A stretch of DNA of 64,000 nt from Clostridia bacterium (lineage in GTDB: Bacteria; Bacillota; Clostridia; Christensenellales; CAG-138), in the NCBI GenBank assembly GCA_017509785.1, contig JAFWOT010000012.1:645476-709475 (forward strand), read 5' to 3'. A model generated the notes under the pieces. It saw only the letters and a list, made by a program, of their open reading frames with translations, had not been told where the DNA came from and did no database searches. The translations under genes were made by a program, and so were the position numbers. Shown one piece after another: positions 49,090-57,549 of this stretch; the stretch's first letter is position 1, and the number at the start of each line of letters is the position of its first letter.

Positions 49090-49986
49090 TTATTCTTTAC
49101 TTAGAACAGCGATATACTTGGTGTTGAAAGCTTCAAAATACTTTTTGAGTTTGGGGCAGCAGGAAGCCTCGTCCAATATGTTCGCGGCAAGGTCTTCCCA
49201 ATAGACGTTAATTATCCTTTGGCAGCCCAATCGGTCGATGTATGCTCTGCCCTCCGTGATACCCTTCGAGTCGTTTGCTCTCGGAGTCAGGAATACCGTT
49301 TGATCGTTCCCGGAGGCATAGAGTATGTTCCTGTTGATCTGGTAGTTCTCGTAAAAATCCTCCATATCGTGCTTCAGTACCGGATGGTTCCTGACACGGG
49401 AAGAGTAGATTTCGTGCCATTTCCTCTCATACTTCCCGGAGTCGGACTTTTCCTGCTTGACGCCGCCGAATTCGGATTCCGTGTATTTGACTTCAAATGA
49501 AATATGAGAGCCGTTATCGAGCTTTATGAAGAAATCGAAATTCGTCCTTTCGGCCCTGTCCGGCTCGTATTCGAATGCGGCTGCCTCGATAGATGCCTCA
49601 TCCGGGATAACTACTCCGCTCTTTCTCAGCGCAGACAGCAAAACCCGCTCGCGGTCTTCTTCCTCAAAGAATGCTTTGAAGAAGTTTATGCACATCATCT
49701 GGGAGGAGTTCATGTGCCGCGCTCCCAAATGATACTTGATCGACGCGGAAAAGGGAGCCCCGCTGATGTCGGTCAAAGTGCCTTTGACGATGCAATGCTC
49801 CGGAATAATACCGTCTATGGAGTTTTCACGAAGATCCCGGTAAATATGCTTGTATTCGACGCCGTTCCAGGTCCCCCGCGGAACGCAGTCCGGTACCGAA
49901 TCGCCCATTAAAGCTTGGATCCTCTTTGCAAAAGACAGTTCGGACATATTCTCCTTTGTGAATAACTCGCTGTTTTCAGATGACAT
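49090..49986 (-). CDS. Predicted PD-(D/E)XK-like nuclease, unknown family
   Basis: ORF 49090..50175, trimmed to MSSENSELF at 49986, which overlaps the upstream gene stop by 11 nt. The candidate core is FDFFIKLDNGSHISFEVKYTE (D...E-x-K). An HMNSSQMMCINFF motif lies upstream of it. The assignment is tentative. Confidence 0.4.
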   Translation of the reverse strand: MSSENSELFTKENMSELSFAKRIQALMGDSVPDCVPRGTWNGVEYKHIYRDLRENSIDGIIPEHCIVKGTLTDISGAPFSASIKYHLGARHMNSSQMMCINFFKAFFEEEDRERVLLSALRKSGVVIPDEASIEAAAFEYEPDRAERTNFDFFIKLDNGSHISFEVKYTESEFGGVKQEKSDSGKYERKWHEIYSSRVRNHPVLKHDMEDFYENYQINRNILYASGNDQTVFLTPRANDSKGITEGRAYIDRLGCQRIINVYWEDLAANILDEASCCPKLKKYFEAFNTKYIAVLSKE

Positions 49987-50554
49987 TTCGAACCTCGCTT
50001 TCCACGATGTTGAAACGCATGAATTCCGGGATGGCATTCCTTTTTGCCAGCTCCTTAGGCTTGTTGCTTTTTTCTGCCGCGCAAAGGGCGAGTACGCCCG
50101 CCGGATAGATCGTCTCCGAAAGCTTCTGCTTCCGGAGCGCGTCGTAATCACTGCAGAGCTCCACGTTGTTTTCACGGCTCACATAATCCACCATCGCCAA
50201 AAGATAGAAGCTTTCGGGATACCACTTTCTCCGATAATAGTATCGTATCTCATTTTTCTCAAGCACTTCCGTGAGAAAGCCGATATCGCCGAGCCTTTTT
50301 AGCCGATGACACACGTTGCTTTTGAAAAGCTCGAAAGCGCATCGCGCTTCCGTGTACGATTCAAGGAGCTCTTCCATAGGCATGTGAAGCTCTTTTGCAA
50401 GACGGTAGACCGTCTCCGCGCTGCACTTTTCAAGGCTTGTCTTGCCGCTGCAGATATCGCTCAGCGTAGTGTACGGAACGCCGCTGTTTTTGGACAGGCT
50501 GTATTTGCTCATGCCCTGCTGTGAGAGCAGATCCGCAAGCATCATAGCGATCAT
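49976..50554 (-). CDS. HTH (XRE-type) domain protein with an uncharacterised ~125-aa C-terminal domain
   Basis: 192 aa. The N-terminal HTH is LLSQQGMSKYSLSKNSGVPYTTLSDICSGKTSLEKCSAETVYRLAKEL. I did not recognise the C-terminal domain. Confidence 0.6.
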   Translation of the reverse strand: MIAMMLADLLSQQGMSKYSLSKNSGVPYTTLSDICSGKTSLEKCSAETVYRLAKELHMPMEELLESYTEARCAFELFKSNVCHRLKRLGDIGFLTEVLEKNEIRYYYRRKWYPESFYLLAMVDYVSRENNVELCSDYDALRKQKLSETIYPAGVLALCAAEKSNKPKELAKRNAIPEFMRFNIVESEVRNVI

Positions 50555-50574
50555 CTCCTTTCTTACGGGTCGAT

Positions 50575-50598
50575 ATTATAACGGTATACCGTTATAAT
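50575..50598. promoter_or_regulatory. Perfect 24 bp palindrome overlapping a TATAAT -10, upstream of the HTH/nuclease pair
   Basis: ATTATAACGGTATACCGTTATAAT lies about 20 nt upstream of the AAAGGAG RBS of the 49976..50554 gene on the minus strand. Confidence 0.65.
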
Positions 50599-50643
50599 GT
50601 CAAGGGTGAGATATTCTTATTCTACCCTGTTCTGCAATCTTTC

Positions 50644-50934
50644 TCATTTCATACTATCAAGGAACTCCTTCAGCAGTATCTCATGCCGGAAGGATTTCTG
50701 GCAGATGCACATGGCTTCCGCAGACATGAGATAGTCGATGAGGCAGATCTTGGGAATAAGGTACTTGCCGGAAACAAGAAACGCTTTGCATCTTCCAGTC
50801 ACGCACCATTTGACGATGGCTGACTGGGAATAGCCGAGCATACGGGCAGCGGTCGTTACGTTGATGAGGTCGTCACAGTCAATAAGGTATTCTTCGAAAT
50901 AGGCCCGTAACAGTGCTCGCTGCCCGGCATCCAT
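50644..50934 (-). CDS. Small HTH DNA-binding protein (excisionase/MerR-like)
   Basis: 96 aa. INVTTAARMLGYSQSAIVKWCVTGRCKAFLVSGKYLIPK is HTH-like. Confidence 0.5.
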   Translation of the reverse strand: MDAGQRALLRAYFEEYLIDCDDLINVTTAARMLGYSQSAIVKWCVTGRCKAFLVSGKYLIPKICLIDYLMSAEAMCICQKSFRHEILLKEFLDSMK

Positions 50935-51171
50935 ATGTATGAACAGGTCGCGGTGCTCGTACCCTATGGTAGAAAAAACTATTTATATGATAACATAGAT
51001 ATGGTTCCGTTTTTTGCGGTGTTTTGCTTATCGAGTGAAATTTATACCGCTGCAAATATCGTAAATTATACCTCAGGTATAAAAATAATTTTATTTTTAG
51101 TATAAACGGTGTGTTCACTCAATATGTGGCAACAATTATAATGATATTATAAAAGCAAAGGAGAAAAGAGG

Positions 51172-52260
51172 ATGCAGATCGGACTTTCGGGCAATATCCG
51201 CGCGCTGCGCAAGGAACGGAGGCTGACGCAGGAGCAGCTTGCCGAGGTGCTCGGTGTGACCGTCGGCGCGGTTCACAAATGGGAATCGGGACTGAACATG
51301 CCGGACATACTGCTGCTCATAAGGATGGCGGATTTCTTCGACACTTCGGTGGACGCGCTTTTAGGCTATCGGATGAACGACAACCGCCTTGAGACGATGG
51401 AACAGCGCCTGCGTGAATACCGCCGAAAAAAGGATCGCGAAGGGCTCGCGGAAGCGGAAAAGGCGCTGAAGAAATATCACTATTCCTTCCGTATCGTTTA
51501 CCAATGCGCCCTCCTTTACAGCGGTTTCGGCTTTGAGAGCGGGGACCGTGCGCTGCTCCGGCGTGCGCTTGAGCTGTTTGAGCGGTCCCGTATGCTACTC
51601 GGGCAGAACGGGGATCCCGAGATCGGCGATCAGACGATCTGCGGAAAGATCGCGCGCGTATATCTGGCTGTGGACGAGACCGAAAAGGGCGTCGAGCTTT
51701 TGAAAAAGTCCAATGCCGGCGGGCTTTTTGACCACGATATAGGCCATATCCTCGCCGTGTGCAAGAGGACCGATGAGGCAGCGCCCTATCTTTCAAAGGC
51801 GTTCACAAGCATATTCACGCAGCTCTGCGATACAGTCATCGGCTGCATGAACGTGTTCACGCAGCGAGGCGACTACGCTTCCGCGGAGGCGATACTCAGT
51901 TGGGCCGTCGACGTGTTTTCGGGACTGCGCAAGGGCTCAAAGCCAAATTACCTCGATAAGGTCTGCAGCATACTGCTGACGGCGCGTGCCGGCACGCAGC
52001 TGCTTGAGGGCAAGGACGAAGAGGCGCTCGCTTCGCTCTTAAGCGCGAAGACGCTTGCCGCGTTCTTCGACGCTAAGCCCAGCTACGAGGCGGCCGACAT
52101 CCGCTTTGTAGACCGCGTCGGGGACGTAAGCGCATACGACGACGTCGGCGCGACGGCGGCGCAGGCCGTTGAGAACGTCGCAAAGGGCTCCGGCATAGAT
52201 GCGCTCGCCTCGCTGTGGGAAAGCGTTTCAGCCGAAGAAAACACGGACGATACGAAATAA
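51172..52260 (+). CDS. XRE-HTH transcriptional regulator with a helical-repeat (TPR-like) C-terminal domain
   Basis: 362 aa with an AAAGGAGAA RBS. The HTH is LRKERRLTQEQLAEVLGVTVGAVHKWESG, followed by about 290 aa of helical repeats. Confidence 0.7.
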   Translation: MQIGLSGNIRALRKERRLTQEQLAEVLGVTVGAVHKWESGLNMPDILLLIRMADFFDTSVDALLGYRMNDNRLETMEQRLREYRRKKDREGLAEAEKALKKYHYSFRIVYQCALLYSGFGFESGDRALLRRALELFERSRMLLGQNGDPEIGDQTICGKIARVYLAVDETEKGVELLKKSNAGGLFDHDIGHILAVCKRTDEAAPYLSKAFTSIFTQLCDTVIGCMNVFTQRGDYASAEAILSWAVDVFSGLRKGSKPNYLDKVCSILLTARAGTQLLEGKDEEALASLLSAKTLAAFFDAKPSYEAADIRFVDRVGDVSAYDDVGATAAQAVENVAKGSGIDALASLWESVSAEENTDDTK

Positions 52261-52301
52261 AGGTTTATAAAGTATTATTGGACAGACGAAAGGAGTCAAC
52301 C

Positions 52302-53642
52302 ATGGATAAGAACGCGATGATGAAAAAATTGACCCGCGAAGCCTTTGAAAAGGGAGCTTTCTCGGGGAGCTGGCTGTATGCCGAGAACGGTGAGATAGTG
52401 TCGAAGGGCGCGATCGGCTTTTGCGACCCCGCGGGCGTTATACCCGTTCGAGAGGATACGCTCTTTGATATCGGCTCGGTCAGCAAGCCGATGACGGCGA
52501 CCGCAATCATGCTGCTTGTGCGTGACGGACTGCTCACACTCGACGACGCGATCACGGATCACTTCCCTGAGATCCCGTACACGGGCGTGAAGATCAGGCA
52601 TCTTCTGACCCACACGAGCGGACTTCCGGATTATATCCCGTATTTTATGAGTCTCATCACCGAGGGCGGTGGGATACCGGACAACAGCGCTGTGCTGCCC
52701 TTCCTTAAGGACTGCGGCGAACCGGCGCATTTCGCGCCGGGCGACGGCTGGGAATACTGCAACACCGGCTACGCCCTTCTTGCCATGCTCACCGAGAAGC
52801 TCTCGGGCATGCCGTTTTCAGAGTTCCTCAAAAAGCGCGTATTCGAGCCCTCCGGCATGACAAATACCCTGCTTATTCACCGCATCAAGGACGGTCTCAC
52901 GATCGAAAACCTTGCTCTCGGGCAGGTCTTCGAGGATGGGGAATGGAAGCTTGCCGAGCAGTCTAGGTGGAAGGACGTCGTCGCCGGTATGGACGGCACG
53001 GACGGCGCGGGCTACGTCAAGAGCAGCATACTCGACCTGTATGCTTGGGACAGGGCGCTGCGCTCATGTTCGCTGCTCACGGAGGAAGAACAGGAAACGA
53101 TGACCGAGCCCGTGCGCCTCAATAACGGCGAGATCGGCAACGGCTACGGCTTCGGCTGGGGGCTCATGCCCGATGACGACGGGAATATCGTTGCGTTCCA
53201 CACCGGGTATCTGCCCGGCTACACCGCCCTTATCAAGCGTTGGCTCGATCGGGACGCCGTGCTCATCACCCTCTGCGACCGCGATCATACGGACGCGCGG
53301 GCGTACAACGGCTTTGTGACCGGTCTGGACGCGATCATCAGCGGAGAGGAGCCCAAGCCCCTGATCGCGCTTGAGGATATCGCGATATCGGAGCCCGACC
53401 GTACGAACTGGGAGAGCTTCTGCGGCAGATACGAGATGAACGACGAGGACCTCATGATAGAGGAGGTCATGCTGAAGGACGGTGAACTCTTCGCGTCGGT
53501 GCTTGACGACCTTGGCGGCAAAGAGATCGTCAAGCTTTACCCCCTCGGCGATAACGTATTCGGCAGGAAAGCCGGCATGGCAAAGCTCACGTTCCGAGAG
53601 GGCGTGATGATGATCAACGATCTGCCCTGCAAAAAGCTGTGA
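52302..53642 (+). CDS. Serine hydrolase of the beta-lactamase/PBP (class C-like) family
   Basis: ORF trimmed to MDKNAMMKKL (AGGAG RBS). It has the S-x-x-K motif SVSK and the Y-x-N motif YCNTGY. Confidence 0.75.
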   Translation: MDKNAMMKKLTREAFEKGAFSGSWLYAENGEIVSKGAIGFCDPAGVIPVREDTLFDIGSVSKPMTATAIMLLVRDGLLTLDDAITDHFPEIPYTGVKIRHLLTHTSGLPDYIPYFMSLITEGGGIPDNSAVLPFLKDCGEPAHFAPGDGWEYCNTGYALLAMLTEKLSGMPFSEFLKKRVFEPSGMTNTLLIHRIKDGLTIENLALGQVFEDGEWKLAEQSRWKDVVAGMDGTDGAGYVKSSILDLYAWDRALRSCSLLTEEEQETMTEPVRLNNGEIGNGYGFGWGLMPDDDGNIVAFHTGYLPGYTALIKRWLDRDAVLITLCDRDHTDARAYNGFVTGLDAIISGEEPKPLIALEDIAISEPDRTNWESFCGRYEMNDEDLMIEEVMLKDGELFASVLDDLGGKEIVKLYPLGDNVFGRKAGMAKLTFREGVMMINDLPCKKL

Positions 53643-53946
53643 GATACATCAGCAGGCACGGTTATCCGCCTGCGCCTTTTGAGATCTTTGAGAAAGTCTG
53701 CAACGTCATCCCGGAGCAAACAGAGGATTTCAAAAAGTATAGTGATCGATCCTTCTCCGGGTCTGCATAGCCAGAAGCAAATTACAAATGAGGCAACTCA
53801 AAAGGTTTCCCGGAATAGCGGAAAGATCAAAAAAACTATTGAGAAGGACGAAACAACTGTTCTCCTGTGAAACCATCGGATCAATGTGCGCTTTACGGAA
53901 TCTGATGATTACCCCGAGTCTGTTGAAACAGCATTCTTCAGGCAAG

Positions 53947-53986
53947 AAAAGCCAGTAAATCATTAGGTTTTCTGGCTTTTCTTTTT
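53947..53986. repeat. Right copy of the ~40 bp imperfect direct repeat (candidate attR)
   Basis: AAAAGCCAGTAAATCATTAGGTTTTCTGGCTTTTC matches 36901-36940, with 2 mismatches and 1 indel around the identical 24 nt core. Confidence 0.7.
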
Positions 53987-54065
53987 TTGCTCTTTCCGGT
54001 AAAAACCTTCAAAATCGAGCCGAAAACCAGGAGAGAACTAGCCCTTTTTCAGGAGAGAACAGGCA

Positions 54066-54265
54066 AAAACGGGCGAAAAATTCGGTTCGAATCCCTCGCC
54101 GATCTTTACGACGAGCTGACCATGCCGCCGGAGCTGCGCACAGCGCATCAGCAGAACGATCGCGCAGTCATGCAGGCATACGGTTTCCCGATAAAGGGCT
54201 TCACCGAGTCCGACTGCGTTGCAGAACTCATGAAGCTGTATCAGAAGCTGACCGAGAAGGCGTGA
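54066..54265 (+). pseudogene. Relic 3' end of an MmeI-family gene
   Basis: It encodes ...SLADLYDELTMPPELRTAHQQNDRAVMQAYGFPIKGFTESDCVAELMKLYQKLTEKA*, identical in protein to the last 56 aa of the 43344..46118 product. By eye the DNA is about 93% identical to 45928-46118. Confidence 0.8.
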
Positions 54266-54266
54266 A

Positions 54267-54509
54267 TCACACCGTCAGGTTGATGACCGTTTTTCCCTGC
54301 TTTTCGGCAAGCGCTTTGAACTGCGCCGCTCCGGAAGCGATATGATTCGTGACGTGAGTTACAACGAAATCGGACTGTTCGATCATCCACCGGTTGCGGA
54401 ACGAGATCGCAAAGCGGCGCGGCACGGTCTCTATCCCCTCCGGAAGGATGGTGGGCAGAAGCTCATCGGATGCACCGTTTTCGCCTACTGGAAGATATGC
54501 GAGTATCAT
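54267..54509 (-). pseudogene. Relic 3' part of a DUF1273/SLOG gene
   Basis: The 80-aa ORF matches the C-terminal half of the 46120..46551 product. Homology stops abruptly at about 54509. Confidence 0.75.
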
Positions 54510-54541
54510 CTTTTTTTGCCGCGTTGTTTAATGAATTGTCC

Positions 54542-55051
54542 TCACTTCTCGTGCACGAGCTTGCCGCTCATGTGCTCGATGGTTATTTCCATGATCCGGA
54601 CGCGGTCGAGATCCCGCTTGAGCTCCGCGTCGAGCTCCTCCATGCTCGGATAATACTTCATACCGAAAGCCCGGGCCTTTTCGTATTTGACGGTCGGATC
54701 CTCGACCTGCTTGGCTCTGCCGAACACGATAACGCTCTTGACGTAGTATGACCAGTCGCCGCGCTGCTCTCCCGCGTCGTGTACGGTAAAGCAGACCTTA
54801 TCACAGCTATTCATCGCCTCGGCCTTATGCCCCTCGCGTGAACAATGGAAATAGAGCTTGTTTTCGGCTTCATCGTAATAGAAATTGATGGGCAGGGCAT
54901 AGGGATAGCCGCCGTCGCCGATGACGGCAAGCGTGCCCCGCTTTTCGGTTTCGAGAAGGCTCCTGCATTCCTCCTCCGAAAGCGCCTGCTTAAAGCGGCG
55001 CATGGGCCTGAAAGATTGTTCCATGGGCTGTTCCTCCGTATCCGGTTTCAT
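54542..55051 (-). CDS. Pyridoxamine 5'-phosphate oxidase-family (flavin-binding split-barrel, NimA-like) protein
   Basis: 169 aa. GTLAVIGDGGYPYALPINFYYDEAENKLYFHCSREGHK is typical of the PNPOx-like family. Confidence 0.7.
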   Translation of the reverse strand: MKPDTEEQPMEQSFRPMRRFKQALSEEECRSLLETEKRGTLAVIGDGGYPYALPINFYYDEAENKLYFHCSREGHKAEAMNSCDKVCFTVHDAGEQRGDWSYYVKSVIVFGRAKQVEDPTVKYEKARAFGMKYYPSMEELDAELKRDLDRVRIMEITIEHMSGKLVHEK

Positions 55052-55681
55052 TCATTCCAGTTCTTCACGGTCGATCGGCTCATTCTTGTAGAAGTACTTC
55101 CTATCGCGCTCCGAGACCTCCCTCAGCACCCGGCAGGGATTGCCGACCGCGACGACATTATCGGGGATGTCCTTCGTAACGACGCTTCCCGCGCCGATGA
55201 CCACGTTCTTTCCGATCGTGACGCCGGGAACGACGATCACCCCCGCGCCGAGCCAGGCGTTCTCGCCGATACGCACGTCCTTGTTGTACTGCAGCCCCCT
55301 CGCGCGAAGCTCGGGATCGATGGGGTGATTTGCCGTCGCGATAGTCACGTTCGGGCCGAACATCACTTTGTCCCCGACGTAAATGTGCCCGTCGTCAACG
55401 AGAGTGAGATTGGAATTGGCGTAAACACCCGAGCCGAAATGCACGTGGCTGCCGCCCCAGTTGGCGTGGAAGGGCAGCTCGATATAGCATTTCTCGCCGC
55501 ATTCGGCGAATACCGCCTTCATGTATTGTTCTTTTTTCACGATATCGGATGGCTTTAATTGATTGAACTCCCAGAGCATGTCCTGAAAAGGGAACTGCTC
55601 TTTCAAAAGTTCTTCATCCATCGGGTCGTAAATCAGACCCTTTATCATTCTTTCGCGTTGAGTCATATTTCGCCTCTTCAT
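55052..55681 (-). CDS. Sugar O-acetyltransferase (Maa/LacA-like, left-handed beta-helix)
   Basis: It has the Mac-type N-terminus (RERMIKGLIYDPMDEELL) and hexapeptide repeats (IGENAWLGAGVIVVPGVTIGKNVVIGAGSVV). Confidence 0.8.
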   Translation of the reverse strand: MKRRNMTQRERMIKGLIYDPMDEELLKEQFPFQDMLWEFNQLKPSDIVKKEQYMKAVFAECGEKCYIELPFHANWGGSHVHFGSGVYANSNLTLVDDGHIYVGDKVMFGPNVTIATANHPIDPELRARGLQYNKDVRIGENAWLGAGVIVVPGVTIGKNVVIGAGSVVTKDIPDNVVAVGNPCRVLREVSERDRKYFYKNEPIDREELE

Positions 55682-55687
55682 TTTCCC

Positions 55688-56347
55688 TCATACGATCAGC
55701 ATTTCGTCTTTTGATACAGCCGTGTTCGGCTCAAGTACGAGGAACTGTTCGTCCCATTCCCCGCGAAGAAGCTTTTCGATAAGATGAGCGCCGCCGGAGA
55801 CGTATTCCGTTCTTGCGTCAAGCCAGTCAGCGTCCTTTTTAACGGTATCGAAATAGTCCTTCCTGCGGCAATCGTTGATGCCCGTATCGATTATGGAGAC
55901 GCAGTCGTAATAACTTTTCCAGTCCTCGTGATAACGACGCCTCGTCTCATCATCCTTATCCGCCGTCATTTGATCGAAAATCGCTTTGAAAGATTCGGTC
56001 GACGGATCCAAGGCGCGGACGTATAGATGCCTTGGCGTTTTCAGATCCGATCTCGGCTCGTCGCCCGTCTGCAGAAGCAGCGAAACGCAATCGTCCACCC
56101 TCGGCAGCACAATACGGCAGGGCGCGCTGACTCCTTCCCACGAGCCGCCGCAGAAGCCCATAGCGACGAGCACGGTCTCGGTATCCTCCGGGAGACTCTT
56201 GATCGACCCGATCAGGTGAGAGCGCATCTCAGCGGGATCGCGGTGGTATTTGCGGTCTAGATAATACACGGGATGGTCAGTCCCGACCTTCTTCTGCGCG
56301 TATTCAACGTACTCCCTGAGCGAGCTGCACGCGATGATGACCGTCAT
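55688..56347 (-). CDS. DUF1638-like protein
   Basis: 219 aa. The MTVIIACSSLREYVE start and the MGFCGG and VDDCVSLLL motifs fit my memory of DUF1638. I did not verify this. Confidence 0.45.
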   Translation of the reverse strand: MTVIIACSSLREYVEYAQKKVGTDHPVYYLDRKYHRDPAEMRSHLIGSIKSLPEDTETVLVAMGFCGGSWEGVSAPCRIVLPRVDDCVSLLLQTGDEPRSDLKTPRHLYVRALDPSTESFKAIFDQMTADKDDETRRRYHEDWKSYYDCVSIIDTGINDCRRKDYFDTVKKDADWLDARTEYVSGGAHLIEKLLRGEWDEQFLVLEPNTAVSKDEMLIV

Positions 56348-56568
56348 TGCTTGGCCTCCGTTATCGTAATGATCTGTTCAATATGATTATACCACGCTGC
56401 AGCGCCTTTTCAAACATAAAGCCGTATAAAGAGGGAGTCTTTAATGTGCTTTTTACGCGAATACCTCTCGGGGGAAAAGTGCGGGCAAGAGGACTTGAAC
56501 CGTCCTGTGGCTGCAGATAAGGAAAACCCCGAGCCGTGAAAGGCCGGGGCTGATCGTTAATTTGTCGT

Positions 56569-57549
56569 TCAGATCGCTTCGATTATCTCGGCGATATCGC
56601 CGTTAATAAGAATCGACCATTTTTCTATCTGCTTGGGGCAGAACGCTTCGCCGTAATTGATGCAGGCATAGACGGCGTTGGGGTTCTCGATCGTCAGAGC
56701 CCAGAACGGGTACTTTATTATCGTCGGCGTATTCGCACCTACGCCGAGCTCGAGATACAGAACGTGCCGGCCTTCATGAGCCTTTAGGAAATCCGCATAG
56801 CGTTTCGACGCCTCGTGCCAGCCCGCGTCCTCGACGAAGGTATCATCGGATCTTAGATTCATCGTGACTGCGCTTCTGTCATCCGGGCAGCGCGGTATCT
56901 GTTCGGTGGGGATTCGCATTGAGATGAGGCGGTCCTCCGGCACTTCGAACACGCCGTTTTCATCGGGAATGAATCTCTGTGCGGCCATCGCACGGATCAC
57001 CCAGTCACGGTTGTCATAGGTCTTTCCGTTCCTGCCGTTTACCGTCTGGAACAGGCCGTAATCCCCCTGTGTATAGAACAGACGCTTCTTATCAAAGCCC
57101 GCGCGCTGAAACTGATGATCGACGTTCGTGGTGATGACGAAATAGTCCTTGTCCTTTACGAGCCTGAGCAGGTCGCAATACACCGGCTTCGGCGGGTCGA
57201 TATAGCGATTGTAATAGATATGCCTTGCCCACCATGCCCAGCGGGTCTCGTCATCGGGGAACGGATAGAAGCCGCCGGAGTACATATCGGTTATGCCGAA
57301 AATCTCTTTGAAATCGAAGAAATAGCGTTCGAAGCGTTCGCCGGAATATGTAAGGCCTGCCGCTGTAGAAAGCCCAGCGCCGGCGCCTATGACTATCGCG
57401 TCGGCGGAAGCAAGCTCATCCTTTAATCGGGCGATATTCTCCTCTTTGCTGCCGGAGCCGACGGAAAGGCCAAAGCGTAACCCACGCACGGCGTTTATGC
57501 CCTTCTGTATCGTACCGAGATATGCGTTGTCATCGAAGGATCCGCTCAT
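56569..57549 (-). CDS. Sir2-family protein, macrodomain-linked (SirTM-like by gene context)
   Basis: 326 aa with a Rossmann motif (IVIGAGAGLSTAAGL) and TTNVDHQFQRAG. Its start overlaps the upstream macrodomain gene stop by 20 nt. Confidence 0.7.
   Translation of the reverse strand: MSGSFDDNAYLGTIQKGINAVRGLRFGLSVGSGSKEENIARLKDELASADAIVIGAGAGLSTAAGLTYSGERFERYFFDFKEIFGITDMYSGGFYPFPDDETRWAWWARHIYYNRYIDPPKPVYCDLLRLVKDKDYFVITTNVDHQFQRAGFDKKRLFYTQGDYGLFQTVNGRNGKTYDNRDWVIRAMAAQRFIPDENGVFEVPEDRLISMRIPTEQIPRCPDDRSAVTMNLRSDDTFVEDAGWHEASKRYADFLKAHEGRHVLYLELGVGANTPTIIKYPFWALTIENPNAVYACINYGEAFCPKQIEKWSILINGDIAEIIEAI

Larger units (their letters stand above)
36901..53986. mobile_element. Integrative mobilizable element (~17 kb) at the tRNA-Ser locus
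   Basis: It is flanked by the direct repeats. Next to the tRNA it carries a tyrosine integrase, then an excisionase-like HTH, relaxase and MobC, ParB-like and AAA ATPase genes. Cargo genes have mixed GC content. Confidence 0.75.

Noticed and set aside
51001-51105. A 34-codon plus-strand ORF upstream of the XRE-TPR regulator (MVPFFAVFCLSSEIYTAANIVNYTSGIKIILFLV) as a possible RRNPP-type signalling peptide.
   Set aside because: It has no RBS. It overlaps the operator palindrome (TTATACC-TCA-GGTATAA, 51066-51082) and AT-rich promoter DNA. Nothing supports it beyond its location.
54075-54095. GGTTCGAATCCC at about 54078 looked like a tRNA T-loop remnant next to the right att repeat.
   Set aside because: The stretch aligns with the coding sequence of the MmeI-family gene (GATTCGTCCCTTGCC at about 45940, encoding ..DSSLADLYDE). 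It is part of the relic gene, not a tRNA fragment.
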